The notes below the pieces were generated by a model. The model saw only the letters and a program-made list of their open reading frames with translations. It ran no database searches and was not told where the DNA came from. The position numbers and the translations under genes were made by a program. A stretch of 64,000 nt of DNA, from assembly GCA_029938635.1 (NCBI GenBank), contig JAOZUQ010000005.1, positions 1,363-65,362 of the forward strand. The letters are read 5' to 3'. Of the stretch, positions 28,662 to 37,488 are shown piece by piece (the first letter of the stretch is position 1; each line of letters starts with the position of its first letter). This DNA comes from Candidatus Aminicenantes bacterium. GTDB lineage: Bacteria > Acidobacteriota > Aminicenantia > UBA2199.

Positions 28662-29531
28662 TTAAAGAATCAATTGTCTTGTGGCAGAACCCGGGAAATT
28701 GGGATCAAAGCGAATTAACGACAATTCCGGCCCGTCATGAGATCCGTTGAAAGCCTCAGTTCTTCCGATTTTATCTCTCCACGACCCTGTCAATCTTGCA
28801 GATTCATGTACGTGTCCATGAAGAGTTAAAAGCGGCGATTTCTCCTCAATGAATCTTTTAATTGCAATACTTCCTATATTTACATCTAAAGGGACATGAT
28901 CAATCATTTTTCCATCCAGGGCTGCTCTGTCCAGACTGGTTTTATATGGCGGAGAGTGGAAAAGAAAGATCGACTTGGATAATTTTCGATTTTGCGTTAA
29001 TTCTTCAAGATCATCTGCAATTGTCCGGAATTTCAGGTCGTATTCTCGTACCGGAATTGAGAGCGCACCTTCATCCGGCGCCGTACACCCGGGATCAACA
29101 TACCGTGACACATCATACCTTTCCCAATCTTTCAATCTAAATGGTGAAGGGGGAATAAATGAGTACCCAAAAATAAGAAAAGAGTTCCAATTAATCATCT
29201 TATTATGAGCATAATGCCAAATTCCATCCATGGCTGCATCAAGAATTGTGGCCTCCTCCATTCTTCCATCATCATTCCCTAATATTATAAACACATCAGG
29301 ATATCTGCTTTTTAGTTTCTTTCTTATCCTCTGCAAGGTTTTTACAAGGAAATCATTAACAAAATCTTCATGCTGGAAATCCAGGGCAGTCAACGAAGAA
29401 AGAGGTGATGGTAACAGATCTCCTCCAAAAAAAACCGCAGCAGGAGACTCTGATAAAATCTTCTCAAACAAGATTTCATATTTCCTCACATCGCCATGGA
29501 GATCGGTCACAAAAAAGCAGGGCAAACTCAT
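28662..29531 (-). CDS. Calcineurin-like metallophosphoesterase (Icc-related)
   Basis: TDLHG, GGDL, GNDD, HSPP, HGHVHE motifs. Confidence 0.88.
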   Translation of the reverse strand: MSLPCFFVTDLHGDVRKYEILFEKILSESPAAVFFGGDLLPSPLSSLTALDFQHEDFVNDFLVKTLQRIRKKLKSRYPDVFIILGNDDGRMEEATILDAAMDGIWHYAHNKMINWNSFLIFGYSFIPPSPFRLKDWERYDVSRYVDPGCTAPDEGALSIPVREYDLKFRTIADDLEELTQNRKLSKSIFLFHSPPYKTSLDRAALDGKMIDHVPLDVNIGSIAIKRFIEEKSPLLTLHGHVHESARLTGSWRDKIGRTEAFNGSHDGPELSLIRFDPNFPGSATRQLIL

Positions 29532-29601
29532 TTCGCTGCAAATATTAGAGCTCCTTGTTTAAAAAAAGATTAAAAAATACTCTGATAATCATTTTTTTAT
29601 A

Positions 29602-32600
29602 TCAGCTAACGCTGTTTTTCATTTTAAGTTCTCTTGCCGAATCCGTAACCGCATTTATCTTTACTGCAAAACTATTTTTCTCAGCAATCTCTTTATCTGA
29701 TATCAAATGGATATCAAGCAGTCCCTCTGTTTTGTATCCGGTCCTTTGATAGTTCAATTCAGCAAGTGTAAGACTCCATCCGTCAAGCCATAATAACAGA
29801 TCACTTTTTTGCCTTTTTGTTCCGTCAAAATGAACCAGCAGATCAATATCACTACAAGGCCCGGCTGTTGCATTTTTAGTACTTCCGAAAACATAGATAG
29901 CTTTTACCCCAAAACGATCCGGGTCTAAATTAGCACTGATCTGTTCGGCCATTCTCAATCTCCATTTCCAATAATCATCCGCAACAAAGAATGGGCCTGA
30001 TTTGATGTCATCCTGTTTTTCACTCACCTGATCAGTACCGGATTTCGTTATAACAGCAATTGCCTCCCCCAGGTCTGAGTTCATTAATATCTGCAATGGC
30101 TCTCCATCGCAATTATCAGGAACGTCAATTACTTTAACAACATTTTCCATATCTTTATATTCGGGGACAATATCACCCAATATGTTTTTTGACCTGAGAA
30201 AAAAATCTTCTTTAAATACTATATCTTTGTCATCAGGATAAAGTGGAAGATACCTTATCGAGGCTTCTACAAGATCTTGAAAAAAGTGTGTCCCGAATGA
30301 CAATTCGGGAGTATAATTCCCTTTGGACCTTGCAATTTCAATTAATGCAGCAGTATTATTAATGTCTGAATATGTAACATTAACTCCAAGTTTTATATCA
30401 CCCCTGGAACCCCATCTACCCGGCCCAAGTAATATGAATTGCCTTTTAGGCAGAATATTATTCAGTTTCCCGACTATTCTCCCGATCTTCTTAAGATCTT
30501 CAAGGTTTGATAGTTTTGAATATTCATTCGGATCAACGTAAACAACATGTGTAACATTAGGAATAAATCCATCTGAAATATATTTATTTCCTGTAAAAAT
30601 TATCCTTTCATGAGGAATATTCCGTGGTATTGGAACAGAATGTGTGCTATGGAAGTAACTTTGAGCTCTGCATTGTAAAAGATATAAATTTGTCCCGTCA
30701 TGGGCAAATTCAATATCAACCGGAGTCTTAAGTTTTGTTTTCAACGTATCCATCATCCAGTTCATTTGATTAAGGAACTCGGATCCTTCCAGAAACCCCT
30801 GAAAGTTAACTACCAATTCATCTTCCTTAAATTTAATATTAAAGGCAGAAGCAGGTTTCTGGATCATATCTTCTTTTACAACAGATACCATATTATGAAT
30901 TCCGGGGATTAATGCACCGTGAGATTTTAAAAAATCTTCGATTTCGATCGTTTCAAAAATATTACTTTCAAGATTCAGTACATCAATATTTTTTGGCGAA
31001 TATCTTATAACTTCATCAGGAGTTATATTTACATTTAACCCTGGTTTTTTAGGTGCAATCAGGATCGGATAATCCTCGGCAATCCTGTCTACCGCTCTTG
31101 TTCCCAGTCCGGGGACCAATCTTATAAGCCCGTCATCCCTTTTAATCCTGGGGGACCATCTGAATTCATTACTACTGAATGCAACACCGGCAAAACTCGG
31201 TAAAAAATATTTTCCGATTTTTGTACCTACGACCTCCTGAATAATAATCCCCATTTCTTCATTAAAATCTAATAGTTCACGTTCTGCCCTGTATTGGATA
31301 GGATCAGGCCCGAATATGGATGAATAGACCTCTGCAATTGCATCGGTCAGAGCATTTAATTTCATTTCAGCAGTGCCCTGATTAGCAAGAAATAAACTTT
31401 TATATTTCCCGGAAAAACTGGCTCCGACCCTGTCTTCCAACAAACTTGAACTTCGGACAATAATCGGATTATCACCAAAATATTCAATAACCACTTTTAA
31501 TCCTCTCAGAATTTCAGGAGGAAATTGAGAGTTTTTTAAGATTTGTATAATATTAGGGTATTCCAGATGAATTTCACCTATATCCTTATATTTTTGCTCA
31601 TAGACATTCTCCAGATTATTATAGTGCAAAAAGTCGATTAATCCATCTGAAGTGATATACCATGTTTTTGGAATTTTAATCTTATGGGGAAACTTATCAA
31701 ACCCTGCAGAATTTTTTATAATGCTTGCGGCAAGAAAAAGGCCGGAACTTTTCCCCCCCAGTTTACCGAAACTATTTGAAGGAGACAGGATCTGTTTTAT
31801 AACACTAAAAAAATCCTCCAGATTTATATTATCTTTTGCAATTTTTATAAATTCCATTTGATCTGACAAGATCTTTCTGATAACGGAAGTTTTTATACTT
31901 TTTTCAGTTGCTGGTGACAATTTGACCTTTCCACTATTTAAAAATTTAAACCGTGTCAATGCGTTAATTATGTCAACAAGAGAGGAATTCGGATTTTCCA
32001 GGATAGTAACAAGAAATCTGGATTTCTCCTCATCAATCCAATTTCTGATAAGAGGCATTATATATTCATCAGCAAAATTTTTTGAAGCCAGGTCAAAAAT
32101 ATCATTACTAAATGAAATAATTTGATCCATCGAATCTTTTCTGGATGGTTGATTGATATCTTCAAAAAATACACTATTCTCACTTTTATTCTCAACTTCT
32201 TCATAGGTTTGAATTAATATGTCATTCGCTTCTGTAATGCTGTTTAAAAGGAGGTGATAAAGCATTTTTCTGGATATATATATATACAATTTAAGATTTG
32301 AATCTTTGAGCAGGTCTACGATCACCCGCCACTGAGGGCTTGATTCTAAAGCGATCTTTTCATCTGCTCTCTCCCATTTATTATGAATGCTTTTCAATTT
32401 TGAGTATAGGAAAACATGGCTTAATCTCTCAGCAATTGATTTGATCAATTGTCTCTCTTCCTTTAAAAACAAATTATCGATAGCTTCGTTTATTTTTCCT
32501 TTATAGGAAATAGTTATTTCGCCTGTTTCTTCTCCCTGAATTCTGATTTTTGCAGAAAGACTTTTTGAAGTTTCTTCATAATCTTCAAAACGATATTCCT

Positions 32601-32808
32601 GGCTTTCATAATCAATCTTTGCCTGAGCATTTTTTGGGAATTGCATCCCTTCAGGAATTGTTCTGATCACTGCATAGATAAGTTCATCAAGTGCTAATTC
32701 ACTATTTTCTAAAATCTCCTCGATACGATAGAGACAATTTAATTCCTTTTGCCTTTCCTGTAGAGAATGTAATAAAGTACTCGAATCTTTTTTTTTTGAA
32801 TCATTCAT
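29602..32808 (-). CDS. PEP/pyruvate-binding (PPDK_N, ATP-grasp) protein with N-terminal sensor-like region and C-terminal nucleotidyltransferase domain
   Basis: LQERQKELNCLY N-terminus; LGGKSSG, IVRSSSLLED...FSGKY, MGIIIQEVVG, DIEFA...LLQCR; C-terminal YVFGS...SDIDLLV (GS..DxD). Confidence 0.85.
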   Translation of the reverse strand: MNDSKKKDSSTLLHSLQERQKELNCLYRIEEILENSELALDELIYAVIRTIPEGMQFPKNAQAKIDYESQEYRFEDYEETSKSLSAKIRIQGEETGEITISYKGKINEAIDNLFLKEERQLIKSIAERLSHVFLYSKLKSIHNKWERADEKIALESSPQWRVIVDLLKDSNLKLYIYISRKMLYHLLLNSITEANDILIQTYEEVENKSENSVFFEDINQPSRKDSMDQIISFSNDIFDLASKNFADEYIMPLIRNWIDEEKSRFLVTILENPNSSLVDIINALTRFKFLNSGKVKLSPATEKSIKTSVIRKILSDQMEFIKIAKDNINLEDFFSVIKQILSPSNSFGKLGGKSSGLFLAASIIKNSAGFDKFPHKIKIPKTWYITSDGLIDFLHYNNLENVYEQKYKDIGEIHLEYPNIIQILKNSQFPPEILRGLKVVIEYFGDNPIIVRSSSLLEDRVGASFSGKYKSLFLANQGTAEMKLNALTDAIAEVYSSIFGPDPIQYRAERELLDFNEEMGIIIQEVVGTKIGKYFLPSFAGVAFSSNEFRWSPRIKRDDGLIRLVPGLGTRAVDRIAEDYPILIAPKKPGLNVNITPDEVIRYSPKNIDVLNLESNIFETIEIEDFLKSHGALIPGIHNMVSVVKEDMIQKPASAFNIKFKEDELVVNFQGFLEGSEFLNQMNWMMDTLKTKLKTPVDIEFAHDGTNLYLLQCRAQSYFHSTHSVPIPRNIPHERIIFTGNKYISDGFIPNVTHVVYVDPNEYSKLSNLEDLKKIGRIVGKLNNILPKRQFILLGPGRWGSRGDIKLGVNVTYSDINNTAALIEIARSKGNYTPELSFGTHFFQDLVEASIRYLPLYPDDKDIVFKEDFFLRSKNILGDIVPEYKDMENVVKVIDVPDNCDGEPLQILMNSDLGEAIAVITKSGTDQVSEKQDDIKSGPFFVADDYWKWRLRMAEQISANLDPDRFGVKAIYVFGSTKNATAGPCSDIDLLVHFDGTKRQKSDLLLWLDGWSLTLAELNYQRTGYKTEGLLDIHLISDKEIAEKNSFAVKINAVTDSARELKMKNSVS

Positions 32809-34553
32809 TTAAAGATCACTCCCTCACTTTTTCTCCCGTCAACTTTAATTTTCATAGGAGATTTTAATTTTATATGGCGGATATATTTCCCTTTCCATTT
32901 TATTTCTTGTTGACCCAACCAGTCCCAGTCAATGGGGATCCGGCTTTTCGTTGAAATTGAAAAATAAAAAATTCCGAGATTTGAAATATTATGGAAAAAA
33001 TGTGACCCTTGGCTCATATCAACAAATACACTTGCCAGAGAAGATTCGATTATCACTTCTGCTCCTGAAATCTCACCCCAGGTCACAGGAATTCCCAGCC
33101 ATGGATCAGATGAACCCCACCTTCCGAATCCGATCAAAGTATAATTTTCGTTTTCATTTACCAGGGTTCTGTTTACCATTGCAATCTCAGAAGCAATTTC
33201 TCTCGTATTTTTCAGATTGAAGGTCTCCGGCATAACATAAACGATATCTCTAATGTTATCTTTCTCACCATTGCCTAAAATGTTGTCTCCTGCAGTTAAA
33301 ACTGTTTCAGGGCTCCAACTCTCTTTTTCTGTATCCACAGGGTTGGAAAATGTCGCCATCGGGCGTACCTGCAACAAACTGAATTTATTCTTATCAGAGA
33401 TACTTTGCCCCAAAGATATGGCAAACTCAATCTCCACATCTGAGTTAAAATGAGATTCACATAGTTTTAAAATATCAATGATCAAATCATTCACAGGCAA
33501 TAATTTACTCTGAAGGATAGGGGCAAAATTTATCAACCTTGCACCCTTGTTTGCCACACCTATATCAAACCTGTCCGATTCATAATTGTAAGTGGAAGCA
33601 ATTTTTGATAATGAATTGTCATATTCCGCATCATTTATTGATAATTGAATTAGATATTCAGTTTCTTTGATCGGATCATAGGTCTTTATTTCACCCATAT
33701 TTACTGCCCAGAATTCTGTTTGAGATTGTTTCAGCAGATCATTAGCACTATTAAAAGGTGGTGGCGCATCGGGATATATCGGGCAATAATCCCATGAATT
33801 TCCTCCATCTACGATTGATTTGCCCAAACCCAAAGCTAAGCTGACCACACCATCTTCGGGTTCCGAATGCCCGGATGTATAAAAATTATAAGATTTAGCA
33901 ACTCCTGATATATTCGGATAGAACCTGTTATGATGTTGTTGTCCTACAACTTCCTGAATAATAACACCCATTTTTTCTTCATTTATATCTTTTCCTGTTG
34001 ATTTCAGATATGTTTTTGCATTAATGAAAAATGTTGATGAATAAATAAATTTTATTGCTTCTACAAGTTTTTTAAATCTTACATCAGGGTCCGGATGATT
34101 GTTCGGGATCATTTTTGTTTCATAAACACCTGCAAGTGGAATATTCAAGCTGTCTTCCAGAAGACTTGAAGATCTTATTGCGAGAGGCAATTTCATTTTT
34201 TCAATCAATCCTCTTATATCTCCCGATAACCTGACAGGTAACTCGGAATTCAAAAAATGATGTGCAATTCGTTCATCACTTTGCTCTGATAATGCAACTT
34301 TATACAGATTGTTCTGCTTCAGGAATTCATCAAAATATTGAGTTGTGATAACAATTGTCCTGGGAATACTAATTTCGAATTTCAGATCTTTTTCTTCATC
34401 TCCATATGAAAGTAATTTATTCCGGATTTTTGCCAATCCACCGGCTTTTCCGCCAAATTGACCTTTTCCGATAAATGTAAAATCATTGGATTCATCATAA
34501 AAATCCCTGTTAAAAGGGTTAATTCCTTCTAAGTGATTATCTGATCCTTCCAT
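32805..34553 (-). CDS. PEP/pyruvate-binding (PPDK_N) protein
   Basis: FGGKAGGL, AIRSSSLLED..LAGVY, MGVIIQEVVG, EIEFA...LLQVRP, GRWGSSDPWLG, SQGSHFF; ATGA overlap with next gene. Confidence 0.87.
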   Translation of the reverse strand: MEGSDNHLEGINPFNRDFYDESNDFTFIGKGQFGGKAGGLAKIRNKLLSYGDEEKDLKFEISIPRTIVITTQYFDEFLKQNNLYKVALSEQSDERIAHHFLNSELPVRLSGDIRGLIEKMKLPLAIRSSSLLEDSLNIPLAGVYETKMIPNNHPDPDVRFKKLVEAIKFIYSSTFFINAKTYLKSTGKDINEEKMGVIIQEVVGQQHHNRFYPNISGVAKSYNFYTSGHSEPEDGVVSLALGLGKSIVDGGNSWDYCPIYPDAPPPFNSANDLLKQSQTEFWAVNMGEIKTYDPIKETEYLIQLSINDAEYDNSLSKIASTYNYESDRFDIGVANKGARLINFAPILQSKLLPVNDLIIDILKLCESHFNSDVEIEFAISLGQSISDKNKFSLLQVRPMATFSNPVDTEKESWSPETVLTAGDNILGNGEKDNIRDIVYVMPETFNLKNTREIASEIAMVNRTLVNENENYTLIGFGRWGSSDPWLGIPVTWGEISGAEVIIESSLASVFVDMSQGSHFFHNISNLGIFYFSISTKSRIPIDWDWLGQQEIKWKGKYIRHIKLKSPMKIKVDGRKSEGVIFK

Positions 34554-34660
34554 TAAATTAATTTCCCCTCTGCGAAATTTAATATTTTAAAATAATAATT
34601 CAATTATTATGAATTATGCAAAGTTAATGATATTGGAAAGTTTCTTTTTTTTCAATAATA

Positions 34661-34678
34661 GAGGGGGTTTCCCCCCTC
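34661..34678 (-). terminator. GAAA-tetraloop hairpin after gdh (probable terminator)
   Basis: Minus strand GAGGGGG-GAAA-CCCCCTC followed by TATTATT. Confidence 0.6.
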
Positions 34679-34712
34679 CATATTTAATGTCACAACAAAA
34701 TAATTTATACTT

Positions 34713-35999
34713 TTAAATCCAGCCTCTGTTTTTACAAGCCAGATTTACTCTGTCTATTGCAATAACATAAGCAGCATCCCTCATATACAAATCTCTCTCT
34801 TTAGCCATTTCACTAACGGCAATGAAAGCAGCGGTCATCTTAGAATCCAGTTTCCCGAGAACCTCATCTTTTGACCAGAAATAGTTCATATTGCACTGGA
34901 CCTGTTCAAAATAACTGCAGGTTACTCCGCCGGCATTTGCAAGAAAATCAGGAATCATAAATATTCCCTTCTCTTTTATAACCTGGTCTGCTTCAGGGGT
35001 TGTCGGGCCGTTTGCCCCTTCAGCGATTATTTTTACTCTGGCTCCGATCTTTTTAACTGAATCTTTATTGATCTCATTTTCAAGAGCAGCAGGCATTAAA
35101 ATATCTACATCCTGCTCAATCCATGCATCTCCGGGTAATACTTCATACCCCAGAGTTTCTGCTTTTTCTTTATCAATTCCACCATAATTATCAGTGATAC
35201 CCAACAATTCTTTCAGATTTATTCCGGATTTATTACGGTATGTAAACCCTTTCTGCTCTTTCTGGCTCCAACTGGAAACAGATATAACCTTACCTCCATA
35301 TTGCTCATAAAGTTGAATTGCGTATTGGGAAACATTGCCAAACCCCTGAAAACTGGCAGTCGTATCTTCCGGGCGAATACCTAATTCTTTCAAGGCTTCC
35401 CGGAGAGTAAAGATTACTCCATAACCTGTTGCTTCAGTTCTTCCCAGTGAACCACCCATTCCTACTGGCTTTCCGGTTATAAACCCGGGATATTTCTCTC
35501 CACGAATTGTCTCATATTCATCAAGCATCCACAGCATATGCTGAGCATTCGTCATAACATCAGGAGCTGGAATATCTGTGATCGGTCCAACATTCTTTGC
35601 TAACTGGCGGACCCAACCTCTGCATATTCTTTCCTGCTCATTTTTACTGAGATTATGAGGATCACATATAACTCCGCCCTTTCCTCCACCGAGAGGAATA
35701 TCCACTACTGCGCACTTCCATGTCATCCACATAGATAATGCTCTCACAGTATCAATTGTCTCCTGCGGGTGAAAACGGATACCCCCTTTCCCGGGTCCTC
35801 TTGCATCATTATGTAGAACTCTGAAGCCTCTGAAAACCTTTTTGCTCCCATCATCCATTGTGATAGGGATACTAAAATGAAATTCACGCAAAGGTTCCCT
35901 CAAAAAATCTTTTGTGGCCTGGTCAAGACCTAATATCTCGGCCACTCCGTCAAATTGTTCCTGAGCTGTTTCAAAAGCATTATAGTTTTTGTTTTCCAA
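34713..35999 (-). CDS. gdh: Glutamate dehydrogenase (Glu/Leu/Phe/Val family)
   Basis: GPGKGGIRFHP, PLGGGKGG, DIPAPD, TGKP..GGSLGRTEATG, QGFGNV, EGANGP, ANAGGV..SYFE. Start set at TTG 35999 (SD GGAGG). Confidence 0.93.
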   Translation of the reverse strand: MENKNYNAFETAQEQFDGVAEILGLDQATKDFLREPLREFHFSIPITMDDGSKKVFRGFRVLHNDARGPGKGGIRFHPQETIDTVRALSMWMTWKCAVVDIPLGGGKGGVICDPHNLSKNEQERICRGWVRQLAKNVGPITDIPAPDVMTNAQHMLWMLDEYETIRGEKYPGFITGKPVGMGGSLGRTEATGYGVIFTLREALKELGIRPEDTTASFQGFGNVSQYAIQLYEQYGGKVISVSSWSQKEQKGFTYRNKSGINLKELLGITDNYGGIDKEKAETLGYEVLPGDAWIEQDVDILMPAALENEINKDSVKKIGARVKIIAEGANGPTTPEADQVIKEKGIFMIPDFLANAGGVTCSYFEQVQCNMNYFWSKDEVLGKLDSKMTAAFIAVSEMAKERDLYMRDAAYVIAIDRVNLACKNRGWI

Positions 36000-36210
36000 A
36001 TCTAGCCTCCCTGAAATTATTTTTTTTATCACTCTGATATCATGATCTTATCAGTAAAATATCTTATAATTTGAAGCTAGATTATAGTATGATTTTTTAT
36101 ATTTTTCAACAAAAAAATTAAACGATTAATTTTTTTTTGAACACAAATATTGACAACAATTTCAGTGTGAAAGAGAGAGATATTTAGAAGAGGATTACGA
36201 AATGAAAATG

Positions 36211-36262
36211 AGTGTCCGACCTGCCCGAATTGTGCATGGACAAAATGCGGCGGAACCTGATT
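36211..36262 (+). repeat. 52-bp direct repeat, copy 2 (orphan nrdJ 3'-end fragment)
   Basis: Identical to 28605-28656; in-frame TGA at 36168 and no start codon in between, so it is not a gene. Confidence 0.95.
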
Positions 36263-36288
36263 CAATCTAATTTATTCTCAAAATAAGA

Positions 36289-36312
36289 AGGGCGGGGCTG
36301 ATGCCCCGCCCT
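36289..36312. terminator. Intrinsic terminator hairpin
   Basis: AGGGCGGGGC-TGAT-GCCCCGCCCT; T-rich tail on the minus strand after 36354-37445. Confidence 0.8.
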
Positions 36313-36353
36313 GTATTTCCTGAAAATCTAAAAATTTTAATTCTTGTTTACTC

Positions 36354-37445
36354 CTATTTATAATTGGTACCTATCGGCCCATCCACAAGAAGCTTTATCT
36401 GATATATAATAGTGTCACCCGGTGTCACTTTCCATTCAATGCCTGTGGTCCAGTCGGATGATCCCACAGGGAGAGCTGGTGAAGGATTCTTAATTATTTC
36501 ATCACTTGAAGTCTTTTTCCACTGATGTTTTACCATTTTCTTAAATACCCATCCGTTCTTCAGAGAAATGTGATATGAATCAGTCCCTTTATCATCACCT
36601 ATTGCTCCCCACATGTTCTTATGAAAACCGCCTATAGCAATCTCAGGCCCGTCGGTGACATTGCAGGCATCAAAATTACTATCATCCCCACAGTGAAGAC
36701 AGGTTACATCCCCAAAGGCCACCCATTTTTCCTCTCTCCCTTTGAACTGGGGTTTACCGAATGGATCGCTTTTAAAATTAAACTTAGATACAACAACCAC
36801 ACTGACAATCTGGTTCGGCTGGCCGTTGGCAGACTGCGGAATATATCCATTTGCTCTTTCATTACCTTCCCATGTGACATTTTCAAGCTCAATATGCCCC
36901 CCCGGGAAATTTCCCTTAATAAGGATCCTTCCTTTCTGGGGTCCGAAAATTTTTCCCTTGACAAACAACTGAGTTCCAGACTGTAATGCACCCAGTGGAA
37001 TCGGCAATATAGATTCAACAACAGGCTTAAACATCCCCGGTTTGGGTTTGAACTGTGGTTTTTTCTTTATTTTCTTAATCACACCGGGATTGATAAGGAA
37101 TTTAGTCTTAATTTCGAATTCATTACTATCCCCTAGACATGTGTTCTCAGCTTTCACCCTTATCACATAGGTCCCTGCTTCAAAATCTGCAGGAATTTTC
37201 CAGTTCTTTTGGGTCACTCCGGAAGCAGTAAGCTGAAGTTTGAAATTAGCCTGATCGACACTCCCCTTGAAAATATTGATCTTATAATCCGTTTCCTGAC
37301 ACCCGTTTGGCGTCCATTTGATTAAATAAGTATTTCCCTTGAACCAGCCAACACTCCCGTCAGGTTTATTAACAGTAATTGCTGCTCCTGATACCTGAAA
37401 AACACCAAAAATCACCAACAATAAAACTAAATAAAACTTTTTCAT
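36354..37445 (-). CDS. Secreted protein: Ig-like (Kre9/KNH-like) module, Lys-rich linker, IPT-like middle domain, variable C-terminus; paralog A
   Basis: Start moved to ATG 37445 (SD AAGGAG; MKKFYLVLLLVIFG signal peptide); ITVNKPDG..W.KG..Y.IKW module. Confidence 0.7.
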   Translation of the reverse strand: MKKFYLVLLLVIFGVFQVSGAAITVNKPDGSVGWFKGNTYLIKWTPNGCQETDYKINIFKGSVDQANFKLQLTASGVTQKNWKIPADFEAGTYVIRVKAENTCLGDSNEFEIKTKFLINPGVIKKIKKKPQFKPKPGMFKPVVESILPIPLGALQSGTQLFVKGKIFGPQKGRILIKGNFPGGHIELENVTWEGNERANGYIPQSANGQPNQIVSVVVVSKFNFKSDPFGKPQFKGREEKWVAFGDVTCLHCGDDSNFDACNVTDGPEIAIGGFHKNMWGAIGDDKGTDSYHISLKNGWVFKKMVKHQWKKTSSDEIIKNPSPALPVGSSDWTTGIEWKVTPGDTIIYQIKLLVDGPIGTNYK

Positions 37446-37488
37446 TTTTCCATCTCCTTTTGAATTTATTTGTTCATCTGAATTAACT

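Noticed and set aside
36077..36265. 62-aa minus-strand ORF upstream of gdh
   Set aside because: Begins in the antisense of the duplicated nrdJ fragment and continues through AT-rich intergenic DNA; no SD or recognisable motif.
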